Part shown: positions 24,357 through 35,414 of the stretch, piece by piece
How the letters are laid out: the number at the start of each line of letters is the position of its first letter
How positions within the stretch are numbered: position 1 is the first letter of the stretch
The notes under the pieces: model-generated
Databases searched by the model: none
Told to the model about the DNA's origin: nothing
The model's input: only the letters and a program-made list of their open reading frames with translations
Assembly: GCA_043228905.1 (NCBI GenBank)
Contig: JBHGNT010000004.1
Span: 24,056,001 to 24,120,000, forward strand
From: Azolla caroliniana
Taxonomy: Eukaryota > Plantae > Polypodiophyta
DNA: 64,000 nucleotides
Direction of reading: 5' to 3'
Translations under genes and position numbers: made by a program

Positions 24357-25871
24357 ATGGCGAATATCTCATGGAGGCAAGTCCAAAAGTTCTTCTTGGA
24401 AAACGGTTTAATATGGAGGACGCCGAAAAGACCGGATGGGATACCACTTCGAGTAGTCGGGACGAGAGAGCAACGAAACCGGATAATGTCCGAGTTCCAC
24501 GAATCCGATTGGGCTGGACATCGAGGAACATGGGCAACTTTTGTGAAAATCAAGCAAAGATATTGGTGGAAGAACATGTATAAAGATGTCGCGGAGTTCA
24601 CAGAAAGCTGCGAGAAATGTCAAGTCTACTCCGGGGTCCGACACCGAGATGAGCTGCATCCGACATTCTCACCGACAATCAACTTCAAGTGGATGGTCGA
24701 CATTGTAGCTATGCCGACCGGGATTGGACAAAAGAAATACTTGGTGTTAGCTCGAGAAGATCTCACAAACCAAGTTGAAGGTCGAGCGCTTCGGAGGAAA
24801 ACGTGTGCCGCGGTGTGCCAATTTCTTTTGGAAGAAGTGTTTTGTAGGTACGGCTGCGTAGGACAAGTGATTGCGGACCGGGGAGAACTCGACTCGGACA
24901 AAGCTAGGGGATTCTTCACCAAACATGGAGTTCGGTTAACGTTGACAACGGCCTACAATCCGGAGGCCAACGGGAAGATCGAACGAGGACATAGTCCGAT
25001 CGTGAAAGCACTTGCGAAGGCATGCGACGGAAGGGTGAAGGATTGGCCACAAATGCTTCCGTATGCACTATGGGCGGATCGGACGACGCATAGCTCCGTG
25101 ACCGGTTACATGCCGGCAGAACTCATGACCGGACAAGCACCGGTAATGCCAACGGAAACCGCAATCGCGACATGGACAATACTACCGTGGAAGGAAGAGA
25201 TGAGCCGGGAAGAACTACTAGCGGTCCGAATACGACAACTGGAGGGAAGACCGAAAGATGTAGCGGAAGCGTCACGCCGACAACAAGAAGCACGGTTCCG
25301 GAACAAAAGCCGGTTCGACACAAAGCACCGACTACGACCGAGGAGGATTGAAGAAGGAGATTGGGTGATCGTCTATGATAGTAGCTTGGACCATCAACAT
25401 ACAACGATGCGGAAATTCGCGAAAAGGTGGTTCGGGCCGTACGAGGTTCGGAAGGTCTTCGACAACGGGACGTACCGACTGTCCGAGTTGGATGGAACAA
25501 TACTACGAGTGCCTATAGCCGGGAAGCGGGTGAAGATTTTCAAGAAGCGGACCGACGACAAACCTTATGTGATCCAAGTCGAGGCCGACAACGAGGAGCA
25601 ATCGGACGAAGACCACAATGATGCGGGAAGCGAAGAAAGTGGATTACAACTCATAGTCGACATAAGGGGAGAATCGGAGGAAGCTTTGGATGAAGACGGA
25701 TACGAAGAATCAAGAACTTCGGCACATACCGGAGGATGTGCGGGTTTGGAGGGGGCGAGAAATGATGTCGCGAAGATTCGCGCGTGCGTGTGCTACTCGA
25801 GCATCATTTTTCTCAATTGTCGGAGCGGGAACAAAGATTGGTGGGGGTCGATAAGGTCCTTATGTTCGTGA
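24357..25871 (+). CDS. Uninterrupted Gypsy integrase-only ORF directly downstream of the PBS
   Basis: MANISWRQ joined to VQKFFLENG; HHCC (H..GH..CEKC), D(WMVD)-D(IADRG)-E(ERGH), GPY motif and acidic tail; no gag, PR or RT between PBS and integrase. Confidence 0.85.
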   Translation: MANISWRQVQKFFLENGLIWRTPKRPDGIPLRVVGTREQRNRIMSEFHESDWAGHRGTWATFVKIKQRYWWKNMYKDVAEFTESCEKCQVYSGVRHRDELHPTFSPTINFKWMVDIVAMPTGIGQKKYLVLAREDLTNQVEGRALRRKTCAAVCQFLLEEVFCRYGCVGQVIADRGELDSDKARGFFTKHGVRLTLTTAYNPEANGKIERGHSPIVKALAKACDGRVKDWPQMLPYALWADRTTHSSVTGYMPAELMTGQAPVMPTETAIATWTILPWKEEMSREELLAVRIRQLEGRPKDVAEASRRQQEARFRNKSRFDTKHRLRPRRIEEGDWVIVYDSSLDHQHTTMRKFAKRWFGPYEVRKVFDNGTYRLSELDGTILRVPIAGKRVKIFKKRTDDKPYVIQVEADNEEQSDEDHNDAGSEESGLQLIVDIRGESEEALDEDGYEESRTSAHTGGCAGLEGARNDVAKIRACVCYSSIIFLNCRSGNKDWWGSIRSLCS

Positions 25872-26099
25872 AGTCAATCGATCGAATGGAAAGGATGGCG
25901 ATCGGCCTCAAACACGAAGAAGGATGAAGCTGCGGTTGAGTTCGATGGAGAGGTTGCATGCGGGAAGGAGGAGTGACCAGGAGTCCAATCGAAGGACACG
26001 CGCGGTGGACGAAGGAAGAGCGGTCGTATCGACGACATCGTTCGGTAGATCTACTACAACCGATCGAGGAAGAAAGGATATCCCCACACCTAATCTAGA

Positions 26100-26476
26100 G
26101 ACTTCGGCACCGTTGAAATAGCTCATTCGTTCGACTACTTTGTCGACGGCTTGTTGGGCTTCATTTCTTCTTTTCTCTTCTCTCAGAAACTCCATCATCC
26201 TTCTTGCCATTGCCTCCATGAGATATTCGCCATCCATCTTCGTCCTCCCCTGCTGCTCTTCACGTCGGGTTCACCAAATGATGTCGCGAAGACATCATTT
26301 GGTGAACCCGACGTGAAGAGCAGCAGGGGAGGACGAAGATGGATGGCGAATATCTCATGGAGGCAATGGCAAGAAGGATGATGGAGTTTCTGAGAGAAGA
26401 GAAAAGAAGAAATGAAGCCCAACAAGCCGTCGACAAAGTAGTCGAACGAATGAGCTATTTCAACGGTGCCGAAGTC
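26100..26476. repeat. 186-bp inverted repeat with 5-nt loop, made of PBS plus gag start
   Basis: 26100-26285 is the reverse complement of 26291-26476; no mismatch seen. Confidence 0.93.
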
Positions 26477-26878
26477 CAAAGTTTCCTAAAAGTCTACAAT
26501 GCGGAGATGGATTCAAGAGGTGTGGACAAAGCTATGAGGCTAGAGTACTTTTGTCGGGTGGTGTCTCAACCGATCTTCAAAGATGTAGAAGAGCTTCTAG
26601 AAGCTCATGATTCGTGGGCGACTTTCGAGAAGGCTCTATTGGAGGAATATGGCTATGAGAGACTGAAGGGACGAGATCGACGCAACTTCGACCAATGGGT
26701 GACATCAGCGAAGACCCACCAAGGTGCGACACAAGCATTCGTAGACTTCGAGCATCATTTTTCTCAATTGTCGGAGCGGGAACAAAGATTGGTGGGGGTC
26801 GATAAGGTCCTTATGTTCGTGAAGTCAATCGATCGAATGGAAAGGATGGCGATCGGCCTCAAACACGAAGAAGGATGA
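26339..26878 (+). pseudogene. Truncated Gypsy gag N-terminus
   Basis: VDKVVERMSYFNGAEVQSFLKVYNAEM aligns with VEKVVDRVIELEGQFDGRNVTKFLDAYRREM of the 17668 gag. Confidence 0.8.
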
Positions 26879-27770
26879 AGCTGCGGTTGAGTTCGATGGA
26901 GAGGTTGCATGCGGGAAGGAGGAGTGACCAGGAGTCCAATCGAAGGACACGCGCGGTGGACGAAGGAAGAGCGGTCGTATCGACGACATCGTTCGGTAGA
27001 TCTACTACAACCGATCGAGGAAGAAAGGATATCCCCACACCTAATCTAGAGACTTCGGCGGTTGTGCACGTGCGCCAACGTGAGACCGGAGAGACGGAAT
27101 GTGTGGACAAAAAAGAGGACGACCGGAAGGGCGATGAAGAAGACAAGGTAAATGTGCATGAGCGAAGGGATTCCTTCACACCGGTTGCGGAGACTTCGGC
27201 AGTCAAGACCGTGTGTCGGCATAAGACCGAAGATAAAGGAGGTGGCGAAGAGGAGACAATATGGCTCACGGCGAGCATACACGGAGGGAAGGATATGGCC
27301 GACGAGCAGGCCAAGGATGAAGCTGCGGTTGAGTTCGATGGAGAGGTTGCATGCGGGAAGGAAGGAAGAGTCGAGAACCGGTTGAACCGGAAGACGATCC
27401 GGCCGGGATTCCGACCCGAACGAAGGAAGATCCACATGGGAGCCAATCGACCGGGGCCGACCCGGCCGAAACCTGATTCGGCGAAAATCGATCGGACGAT
27501 TCCGATCCAAAAGGGGGCCAACCCAGCCAAAATCAATCGGTCGAGCCCGACCCGGGGAAATGTGAATGCAGACGAAGGCCAACCAAGCCAAGAAGCGATC
27601 GGTGGAGACCGATCCGGACAAGGGCAAACCCGGCCTAATCGGAGATCGACACGAATGATCTACAATACCCAGTTGAAGACGGTGAGTGAGATGAATAAAC
27701 CAAGGATGTGCAACATTGCACATGCACTTAGCAAATAAACCTAGCCTAGTGGCACTTGAGTTCATACAGA

Positions 27771-27840
27771 GGGGTGCAAGCAAGGATTGAACCTTGCACC
27801 TCTAAGATACAAGACAATTGCCTTACCACTAGGACAACTA
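27771..27840 (-). ncRNA. tRNA-like module in LTR-B, homologous to the one at 17075-17147
   Basis: Minus strand TGTCCTAGTGGTAAGGCAATTGTCTTGTATCTTAGAGGTGCAAGGTTCAATCCTTGCTTGC. Confidence 0.68.
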
Positions 27841-30114
27841 TCATATAGTGTAGATTCTATGTATTTCCTTTTCATATGCAAATTATAGACGAAACAACCA
27901 TAGAAAACCATGTGCACAAAACCATGGTTTTAAACCCATGGTTTGTGCATGACATAAGCAAAACCGTGTGCACAAAACCATGGTTTTAGCCCATGGTTTT
28001 GTGCATGTCACGAGCATGGAAAGACCTATAAAAGCCTCTAGTTGGGCTTGTGTAGGGGGGGCTCAATATGTGATATCACCAACACCATTATCATCAATAT
28101 AATATTTGTCTTTATCTTCTTCATTATTTTTCTACTTCTCAAGTGTACAATCTTTCTTCTTCTCGAGTAAACCAATTTCATCTAATCTTACATTGATCGT
28201 CATCTAGCTTCGATAATTCCGCGAACGTCCTCCCCAGTCCAAGACCCCGGTGGTCGCTCGAGTAGCACACGCACGCGCGAATCTTCGCGACATCGTTGAA
28301 AATCCATTTTTTTCAATTCCTATATATTTATTTATGATAAAAACAAAAACAATTCAAAACAAATACAAAAACAAATTCAAAATATCTGAAAAATTGGAAA
28401 CAAATAAGACAAAATGGATTTTCAATAGAAATCCGATGTAGTGCATCGGATTTCTGTTGGAAACCCATTTTTTGCAATTTTTATTTATTTATTTATTGGA
28501 AAAAATGAAAAAAATTTTAAAAAATACAAAAAAATATTTTAAAATATGAAAATTTGGTAACAAATAGCAAAAAGTGGACTTTCAATAGAAATCCAATGCA
28601 ATGCATTGGATTTCCTTTGAAAATTCATTTTTTCAATTTCTATATAGTTATTTATGAGAAAATAGACAAACAAAATACCAAAAAAATTCTAAAAACTATG
28701 AAAATTTGGAAAAAAAGAAGAAAAAGTGGATTTTCTACGGAAATCTATTTTTTCAATATTTATTTATTTATTATAGAAAAAATTCCAAAAAATTCAAAAA
28801 AAAAAGCAAATTTGGAAAAAAAATACGTAAAAGTGGACTTTCAACCAAAATCCGATGCAGTGCATTGGATTTCCGTTGAAAATCCATTTTTTCGATTTTT
28901 ATTTACTTTTTTATGGGAAAAATAAAAACAAATTCAAAAACAATTCAAAAAATAAGAAAATTTTCAAAAAAATAAGAGAAATTGGATTTACAATTGAATC
29001 CGATGCACAGAATTGGATTTCCATTGAAATCTAAATTTTCAATTTTTATTTATTTATTTACGAGTAAAATAAAAAATGTTTATTTATTTATTCATGGGAA
29101 AATGTTTTAGTTTTTCAATTTGTATTTATTTATGTATTTTCGGGAAATCCATGCAATGTATCATATTTTAGTCTATGTAGCTAGAATTCAATGCAATGCA
29201 TTAAAATGCAAGAGTATTTTTTTGATGGAAAGTTTTAAAAGAATTTCAAGACTTACAGGAATCTGATGCATTATATCCAATTCTAGATGTATAGAGTAAA
29301 ATTTGACATGTTGCGTCAAATCTAGATGGAATGAATCGGATTTCTGTACGACATCAAAGGCTTACTATGAGAATCTAAGAAAAATGGAAAACATCTTTAA
29401 GACATTTTTTAGATTCTAATGATTTTGGTAGAAAGCTTCTGTCACATAATCTAATCTTGTAAATGGAAAGTACATAATGAAATATCATAACCAAAAAGTG
29501 AGGAGGAAAGATGCATCAAGCACATCTACACTTACATTGGATAATGTTTATATATTAGTGTATGACTTATCTTTGACCAAAACAAGTTATCTGTGACAGA
29601 CCACAATGAAGATACTAAAAGAGGATCTGGAATGTGGCTTCAGACACAACACAAAGACAAACAAGAAGCATGACTCATAAACTCGATGAGGTTGGATTGC
29701 AATTGGATCAACACAATGCATTAGTTGCCATTGATGATGAGGATGAGACCTCATAAACTCGTACTAGTTCATCAAATGGGTATGAAGATGATGACATAAA
29801 CTTGAAAAATGATTGTCCTGATACGTTAACTATAAATATTGTATTGCACATCAAGATTTGGATTCAGAATTTCTATAAATATTGGGGTTAGTCATTTTGG
29901 ACATTCATTTGTAAGTTTGGCATGTCCATTATTTAGGCATTTTTTTGAACCCCTAAATTTCCGTACATGTTAAAAATCAATATATTTTTGGGTCATTTTT
30001 AAAATTCCTTCACGCATGCGGCACCCCTTTTTGTGAATCACCCTAATTTGTGTCATTTTTTGATGGATAGTTCTCAAAATGCGACATATTACTTGTTTCA
30101 AATGTCCCGGTGTT

Positions 30115-32078
30115 TACTAAAGAAAAGAATAAAGTTCGAATGGCGAGATGAGCACACAAAGGCGATGCGAAGATTAAAGAAACTGCTTCTTGAAGCTCCG
30201 GCACTAAGGAAGGCCGACTATGCCGAAGGGAAACCAATTTACGTGACCGTAGATACGAGCCCAACCGGAATCGGGTGGGTCATCAATCAAGAAGGTGAAG
30301 ATAATGCGCGATATGCCGTCCGGTTTGGAGCAAAGGTTCTCAGCGAACGGCAACAAAGATATGCCCAAGTCAAGCGGGAACTTTGGGGTATTGTGTCGGT
30401 AGTGAAGACGGACAAAGATTACCTGATCGGGTCAGAAGTGATAATAGAGACAAATTGTCTCCCAATTCTCGGAATGGTCTCTGGATGTGCGACCCCAGAT
30501 CTTGCTATGCTAAGGTGGATCGCCTACATCAAGTCTTTAAACCCAGAGATCCGTCACATTGTAGGGAAGAAGAACGCCATGGCTGACATGCTGTCGAGGG
30601 CAAGATTTTCAAACGGAAGTAACATGGTTTTGGAAGATGAAGATGTCGCCCTCAACTTCTTCAAGATGGCTCGATTGACGGCGAAAGACCAGGACACGCA
30701 AACCCTCCACGCCTTCAACGAGAACGAGTACGAAGGAGAGTGGTTACTCATCGGTAGATTCCTAAGAACATTGACGACAGATGCTTCGTTGACAAAGGAG
30801 GAGACCCTATGAATCCGAAAGAAAGCTTACCGATACTTCTTGAAGGGAGGATTCCTTTGGCGACATCCAAAAACAAGGACAGGAATACCACGTCGAGTGG
30901 TGGTAAAGAAAGAAGAGCAAGAGACGCTGATGACCGAATTCCACAAGAGTGCTTGGGCAGGTCATAGAGGAACATGGGCGACGTTCGAAAAGTTGAAGGA
31001 GAAGTACTGGTGGCCAAGCATGTACAAAGATGTACTCCATTTCGTGTCCACATGCGAAACTTGCCAAATATATTCAAATATACGTCATCGTGATGAGTTA
31101 CAACCGACATACCCACTCACCATACACTTCAAATGGATGGTGGATCTGGTCTTGATGCCAATGGGAGTGGGACAAATGAAGTACTTAGCGCTGGCAAGGG
31201 AAGACTTGACAAATCAAGTGGAAGGACGAGCCTTGACAAATAAGACGACTTCAGCCGTTTGCAAATTTCTACTTGAAGATGTTGTTTGCCGATATGGATG
31301 TGTAGGGAAGATAGTGGCCGACTGAGGGGAGTTGGACGCGCACGAAGCGACAGATCTCTTCGAAAGACTAGGCGTGAAGCTCTCCCTCACGACTGCCTAC
31401 AATCCGGAAGCAAATGGGAAGATCGAGCGAGGGCATGGACCTATCGTTAAAGCCATCATACGGGCATGCAACGGTCGAGTCGGGAATTGGCCACAACTAT
31501 TACCCTATGCCTTGTGGGCCGATAGAACGACACATAGCTCGGTGACAGGGTATATGCCGACGGAGCTTATGTATGGACAAAAGCCGATTATGCCCATCGA
31601 AAGAACGATCACCTCATGGGTAGCGATACCATGGGAGAACGGGATGAGCCGAGAAGAGTTATTAGCGGCGCGGATAAGGCAACTTGAAAGAAGACCTGAA
31701 GATTTAGAAAAAGTGCGAAAGATGATGAAGGCAGCCCGAGTAAAGAACAAGGTTCGGTTCGACAACACACATCGACTTCGTCCCAAGAAGATTGAAGAAG
31801 GGGATTGGGTTTTGGTTTACGACAGCACCCTTGACAATCAACACAGTACAACAAGGAAGTTCGCAAGAAGATGGTTCGGGCCGTATGTGGTGACAAGTGC
31901 CAACGATAATGCCACATACCACCTTGCGGAACTAGACGGATCAAGGTTGGCCGTACCCATTGCGGCAAAAAGAGTAAAGATTTTCAAGAAAAGACAAGAC
32001 AAGGATCCTGACCTCGATTACCTCGACGATGAACATAATAGGCCGGATGAAAATAAAGACATGGAGGAATCTAATTGA
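30115..32078 (+). pseudogene. Gypsy pol, RNase H and integrase part
   Basis: Resumes LKKRIKFEW; RH VDTSPTG/ADMLSR; integrase H..GH..CETC, WMVD, ERGH, RWFGPY; stops at 30810 and 31323. Confidence 0.93.
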
Positions 32079-32150
32079 TCATCGTAGCCGAAATCTCACT
32101 TTCTCTCTTCTTGGCACGTACCGGAGGACGTGCGGTTTGGTGGGGGTGGA

Positions 32151-33435
32151 TGTCGTGAAGATTTTCGGCAATAGTGTGAAAATCCCATAAAACGTACGAA
32201 ATCGAGTATGAATCACATAATACAATAATTGTGAAGATAACATTTTAAATAAATTTAATATCGAAGTACAAAATGATGGAGGTTTCGAATGCACTTTATT
32301 ACACGAGAAACGGACAACTAAATGTCAAGATATGAGGGTATAAAGTTTGTGAAAGGAAAAGAGAAAATTGTGAGATATCCCACATAGGCACGACAAATAC
32401 GGCTCTCATAATATATAAGGTAGAGCAAAAGATATTATCTTTGTGTCTATGTGTGGAGCATAAAGAGTTCAAGGTAACTTGAACTAAGAGTGGAGGTGGG
32501 CTAGCTACTCGTAAAGGGTTTTGGCCAACCAAAACCGGACCGGCGATGGATCCGGTGATCCGGCGGCAATCCGGCATCCGACGAGGCACCGGTAACCAAC
32601 GGCAACCGGCGACGGCATCCGGCGGTGGCACCGGTATCTGGCGCCGGTGAGACGACGGCATCCGACGATGGAGTCGATGATCCGACAACACCAGTATCCC
32701 GCGGCAACCGGCGATGGCATCCGGGGTCGGCACCGGTGAGACGACGACATCTAGCGAGGCATCGGTAACCGACGACATCCGGCGGCGGCACCGGTATCCG
32801 GCGCCGGTGAGACGACGACATCCGGCGAGGCACCGGTAACCGACGGCATCCGGCGACTAGATAAATAAATATATAAATATATATACATATATACATATAC
32901 AAGGAGGGCAAGTAAGGATTCGAACCTTGCACCTCCAAGTTAGGAGTCAATTGGCTTACCATTAAGCCATGCTAATTAGTTGAATTTATATTTCTATCAT
33001 TGTACTTTTACATGTAAATTCTTATACATGAGAGCTAAAATGAGTGACATGGTTATCATGCACCACATGTAATACATAAGTGCCAAATGGCAAACATGCA
33101 ATTTATGCATGTCTTGTACCCTCACATGCATCATATGCATGAGAGCATCTATAAAAGAAGGAAGGGGGAGGAGAAAAAACACGGTTTTTTTTATGAAATT
33201 AAGAAGAAGAAATTCGTTATCAAATTGATCGTGTAACTTGTTTCTTAAATATAAAGTTAAAAGTTCAATCAATCTCTCTCAATCGTGTAATCTCAACTTC
33301 TCTCTTTCCCAATATATCTTAAGTACTTTCTCGCTAAAGCTTGCACCAAAGCTTGTACCGACTTTGAATCCTTCCGGTCCAGAACCCCGGCGGTTCTGCC
33401 TCACGATCCGCGCGTAGTGACGAATCTTCACGACA
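32151..33435 (+). repeat. 3' LTR
   Basis: Copy of 16322-17606, preceded by a PPT. Confidence 0.96.
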
Positions 33436-35414
33436 CCGTAATGCATTGCATGAGTTGGCACATCCAATTATAAAGATGGTTTCTCTCAGTTGCGCTTACC
33501 TTTGGCAACAAGTTGTCCAACCATGATTTTTTTGTGTGGAAGTGACACAACAAAAGTCGAAAATGTGTTTGCGACCTTTGCCCATTTGTAACTATCCAAG
33601 ATAATCGGTCTGTTGCAACTAGATTACTTATGGCATTATATGATGTCCAACTTTTATCGATGACTATGGCATTTGGCCTCACATTGGGCATCCGTGCGAA
33701 TATGACTCTCAAGCAAGTTTCTAAAGCTACTTGCTCATGGTTAGACCCCTTATTAGAACTACATATCATGTACCATAATGGGATACCAACTCCCATGGCA
33801 TTTGGGGCCACAACTGCATATAATGGCAAGCCAAATTGGTTTGTTTTCTGCCCTGGATTATGGTTAGGTGACCATATTAAAGGAGGTTAGGGAACCTGGA
33901 TTATGAGGTTTGGGCAACCTGGTTGGGTGACCATATTAAAAGAGAATTAATTTTAAGAGGTTTGGGCAACCTGGTTGGGTGACCATATCAAAAGAGAATT
34001 AATTTTAAGAGGTTTGGGCAACTTGGTTTATTACCATTGATGTTTTTTACAAGGGTTGGGAGATAGATTGGTTTAAAACAACTTTTTCAAATTAGCTCTT
34101 TCGAAGAGATTAGTTTTTTCGCGAATCAATTGGTTTACATTTGAGATTGGTTTAAAACAACAAACCAACTTGAGATAAACAACTTGAGATTGGTTAAAAC
34201 ATCAAATCTATTGGAGATCACAACTTGCGAAACTTTTAAAACAACAAATCAACTTTAGATCACAACTTAGATTGGTTTAAAACAACAAATAAACTTTAGA
34301 TCACAACTTGTGATTGGTTTAAAACAACAAATCAACTTGAGATAAACACTTGTTGTAAACAACATTTCCATTAATAAGTAATCGCGATATACAATGAGTC
34401 AATTCTCGCTATACAAAATTTGTGTGGATTCCAAAATATAGTTACAACATCAGCTCTATAACAAAATCTGTGTTGAAAACAACATTGACAAAATTTACAA
34501 TATGGAGCCACCGGTCGCAGGTGCAAATCCTAGTACCCTTCGTGCCCACTCATCCACATGAATCAGAAGTAAATCCACTTCGTGTTTGGTGAACCATATC
34601 TTTGTGCCCTGTCACCAAATATGTATAAGAACACATCTATACACAATCCGCATGAATAAGGCATTGCAATTACACTTACAAAAGTCGGAGATATCCATCC
34701 TTGCAAGAACTCCCCCACCAGCAGGAATATAGTTGTACCTCGAAACAACCCTAACCTTCAACTTCTGGATATATGTTTGCCGATTTCTGTTGTACTTGAT
34801 TTCGGGGTCCATGAATCTTCTGAGTGATCTCTGACGCTCATAACTATTAAAGCATGCCCCCGGAATACCCTCCTCCTCCTATATACGCATCCCTTGTGGT
34901 AGGACTATGTCTATTCCATGTTCCCTACGTAAATGTGATTCCATGTCACTTTTTTTGCGATACCACCTTAGCGAGAGGCGGCAATACTGAGTATAGATAC
35001 ACGCACGGGCCTTGTTCCCATTTGCATCTCTTCCAACCTTATACAACGAGTCTGGGTGAGGAGCATCTGTTCCTTCTGTATGTGTTACATATTTAAGATT
35101 GACATATTGCAACAACACCAAATCCACATATCATTTGGAGGAGCATCTTGGTCGAATGTTGCCATGGCATGTATGGGCTCGATTTGAGGCGCATGTGTCT
35201 GATCCATTCTGTCCCCACTGGTACACATGTCGGCTGACAAACTTCATCAATGTCTTCTAATGAAGACCCTTTAACAAATCACGAGTCAACATACATGCAT
35301 CAAACCCTAAACTAGTATTAGGGGAGATTGGTTCGTGACATACCTCTCTTGAGTAGGATATATGTCACTGTTATCGAAATCCCACCAATCTTTGTACTTG
35401 GACTTGGAAGCCAT
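33436..35414 (-). pseudogene. MULE transposase 5' part (N-terminal exons and MULE domain)
   Basis: Putative start MASKSKYKDWWDFD at 35414 with a GT donor; KTNQFGLPLY, IVIDKS and CHFH motifs; the frame rejoins at 16321 across the Gypsy insertion (MQCIT|ESTFNAQ). Confidence 0.75.

Larger units (their letters stand above)
23500..28292 (+). mobile_element. Rearranged chimeric Gypsy-derived element: LTR-A (23500-24309), PBS, integrase, PPT, scrambled gag segments, LTR-B (~27369-28292)
   Basis: Ends TGTCGT...CGCGACA flanked by CCGT/TCGT inside one split palindrome; the two LTRs differ. Confidence 0.8.
22600..29340. repeat. Array of ~40-bp palindromes (TTTCAACGGAAATCCGATGCA-N-TGCATCGGATTTCCGTTGAAA) with A/T-tract spacers, split by the insertion at 23500-28292
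   Basis: About 15 or more copies, e.g. 23195-23237, 23311-23352, 28420-28460, 28840-28881. Confidence 0.9.
21416..30114. mobile_element. Unclassified non-autonomous TIR DNA element with 4-bp TSD (TACT)
   Basis: ~37-bp TIRs AACACCGGG(T/A)CATTTGAAACA... at 21416-21452 and 30078-30114; TACT at 21412-21415 and 30115-30118; removing it restores pol YGLLKKRIKFEW. Confidence 0.88.
16322..33435 (+). mobile_element. Full-length non-chromovirus Ty3/Gypsy LTR retrotransposon (tRNA-Trp primed), inactivated, with nested insertions
   Basis: 1285-bp LTRs 16322-17606 and 32151-33435, nearly identical, TGTCGTGAAG...CTTCACGACA; TSD CCGT at 16318-16321 and 33436-33439; PBS; PPT near 32139-32150. Confidence 0.96.

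Noticed and set aside
26859-27783. Long ORFs of 225-287 aa on both strands
   Set aside because: They span rearrangement junctions and LTR-B sequence, so they are chimeric frames
22600-29340. CRISPR-like look of palindromic repeats with variable spacers
   Set aside because: Eukaryotic context, irregular A/T-tract spacers, degenerate repeats, no cas genes, and it lies inside a TIR element
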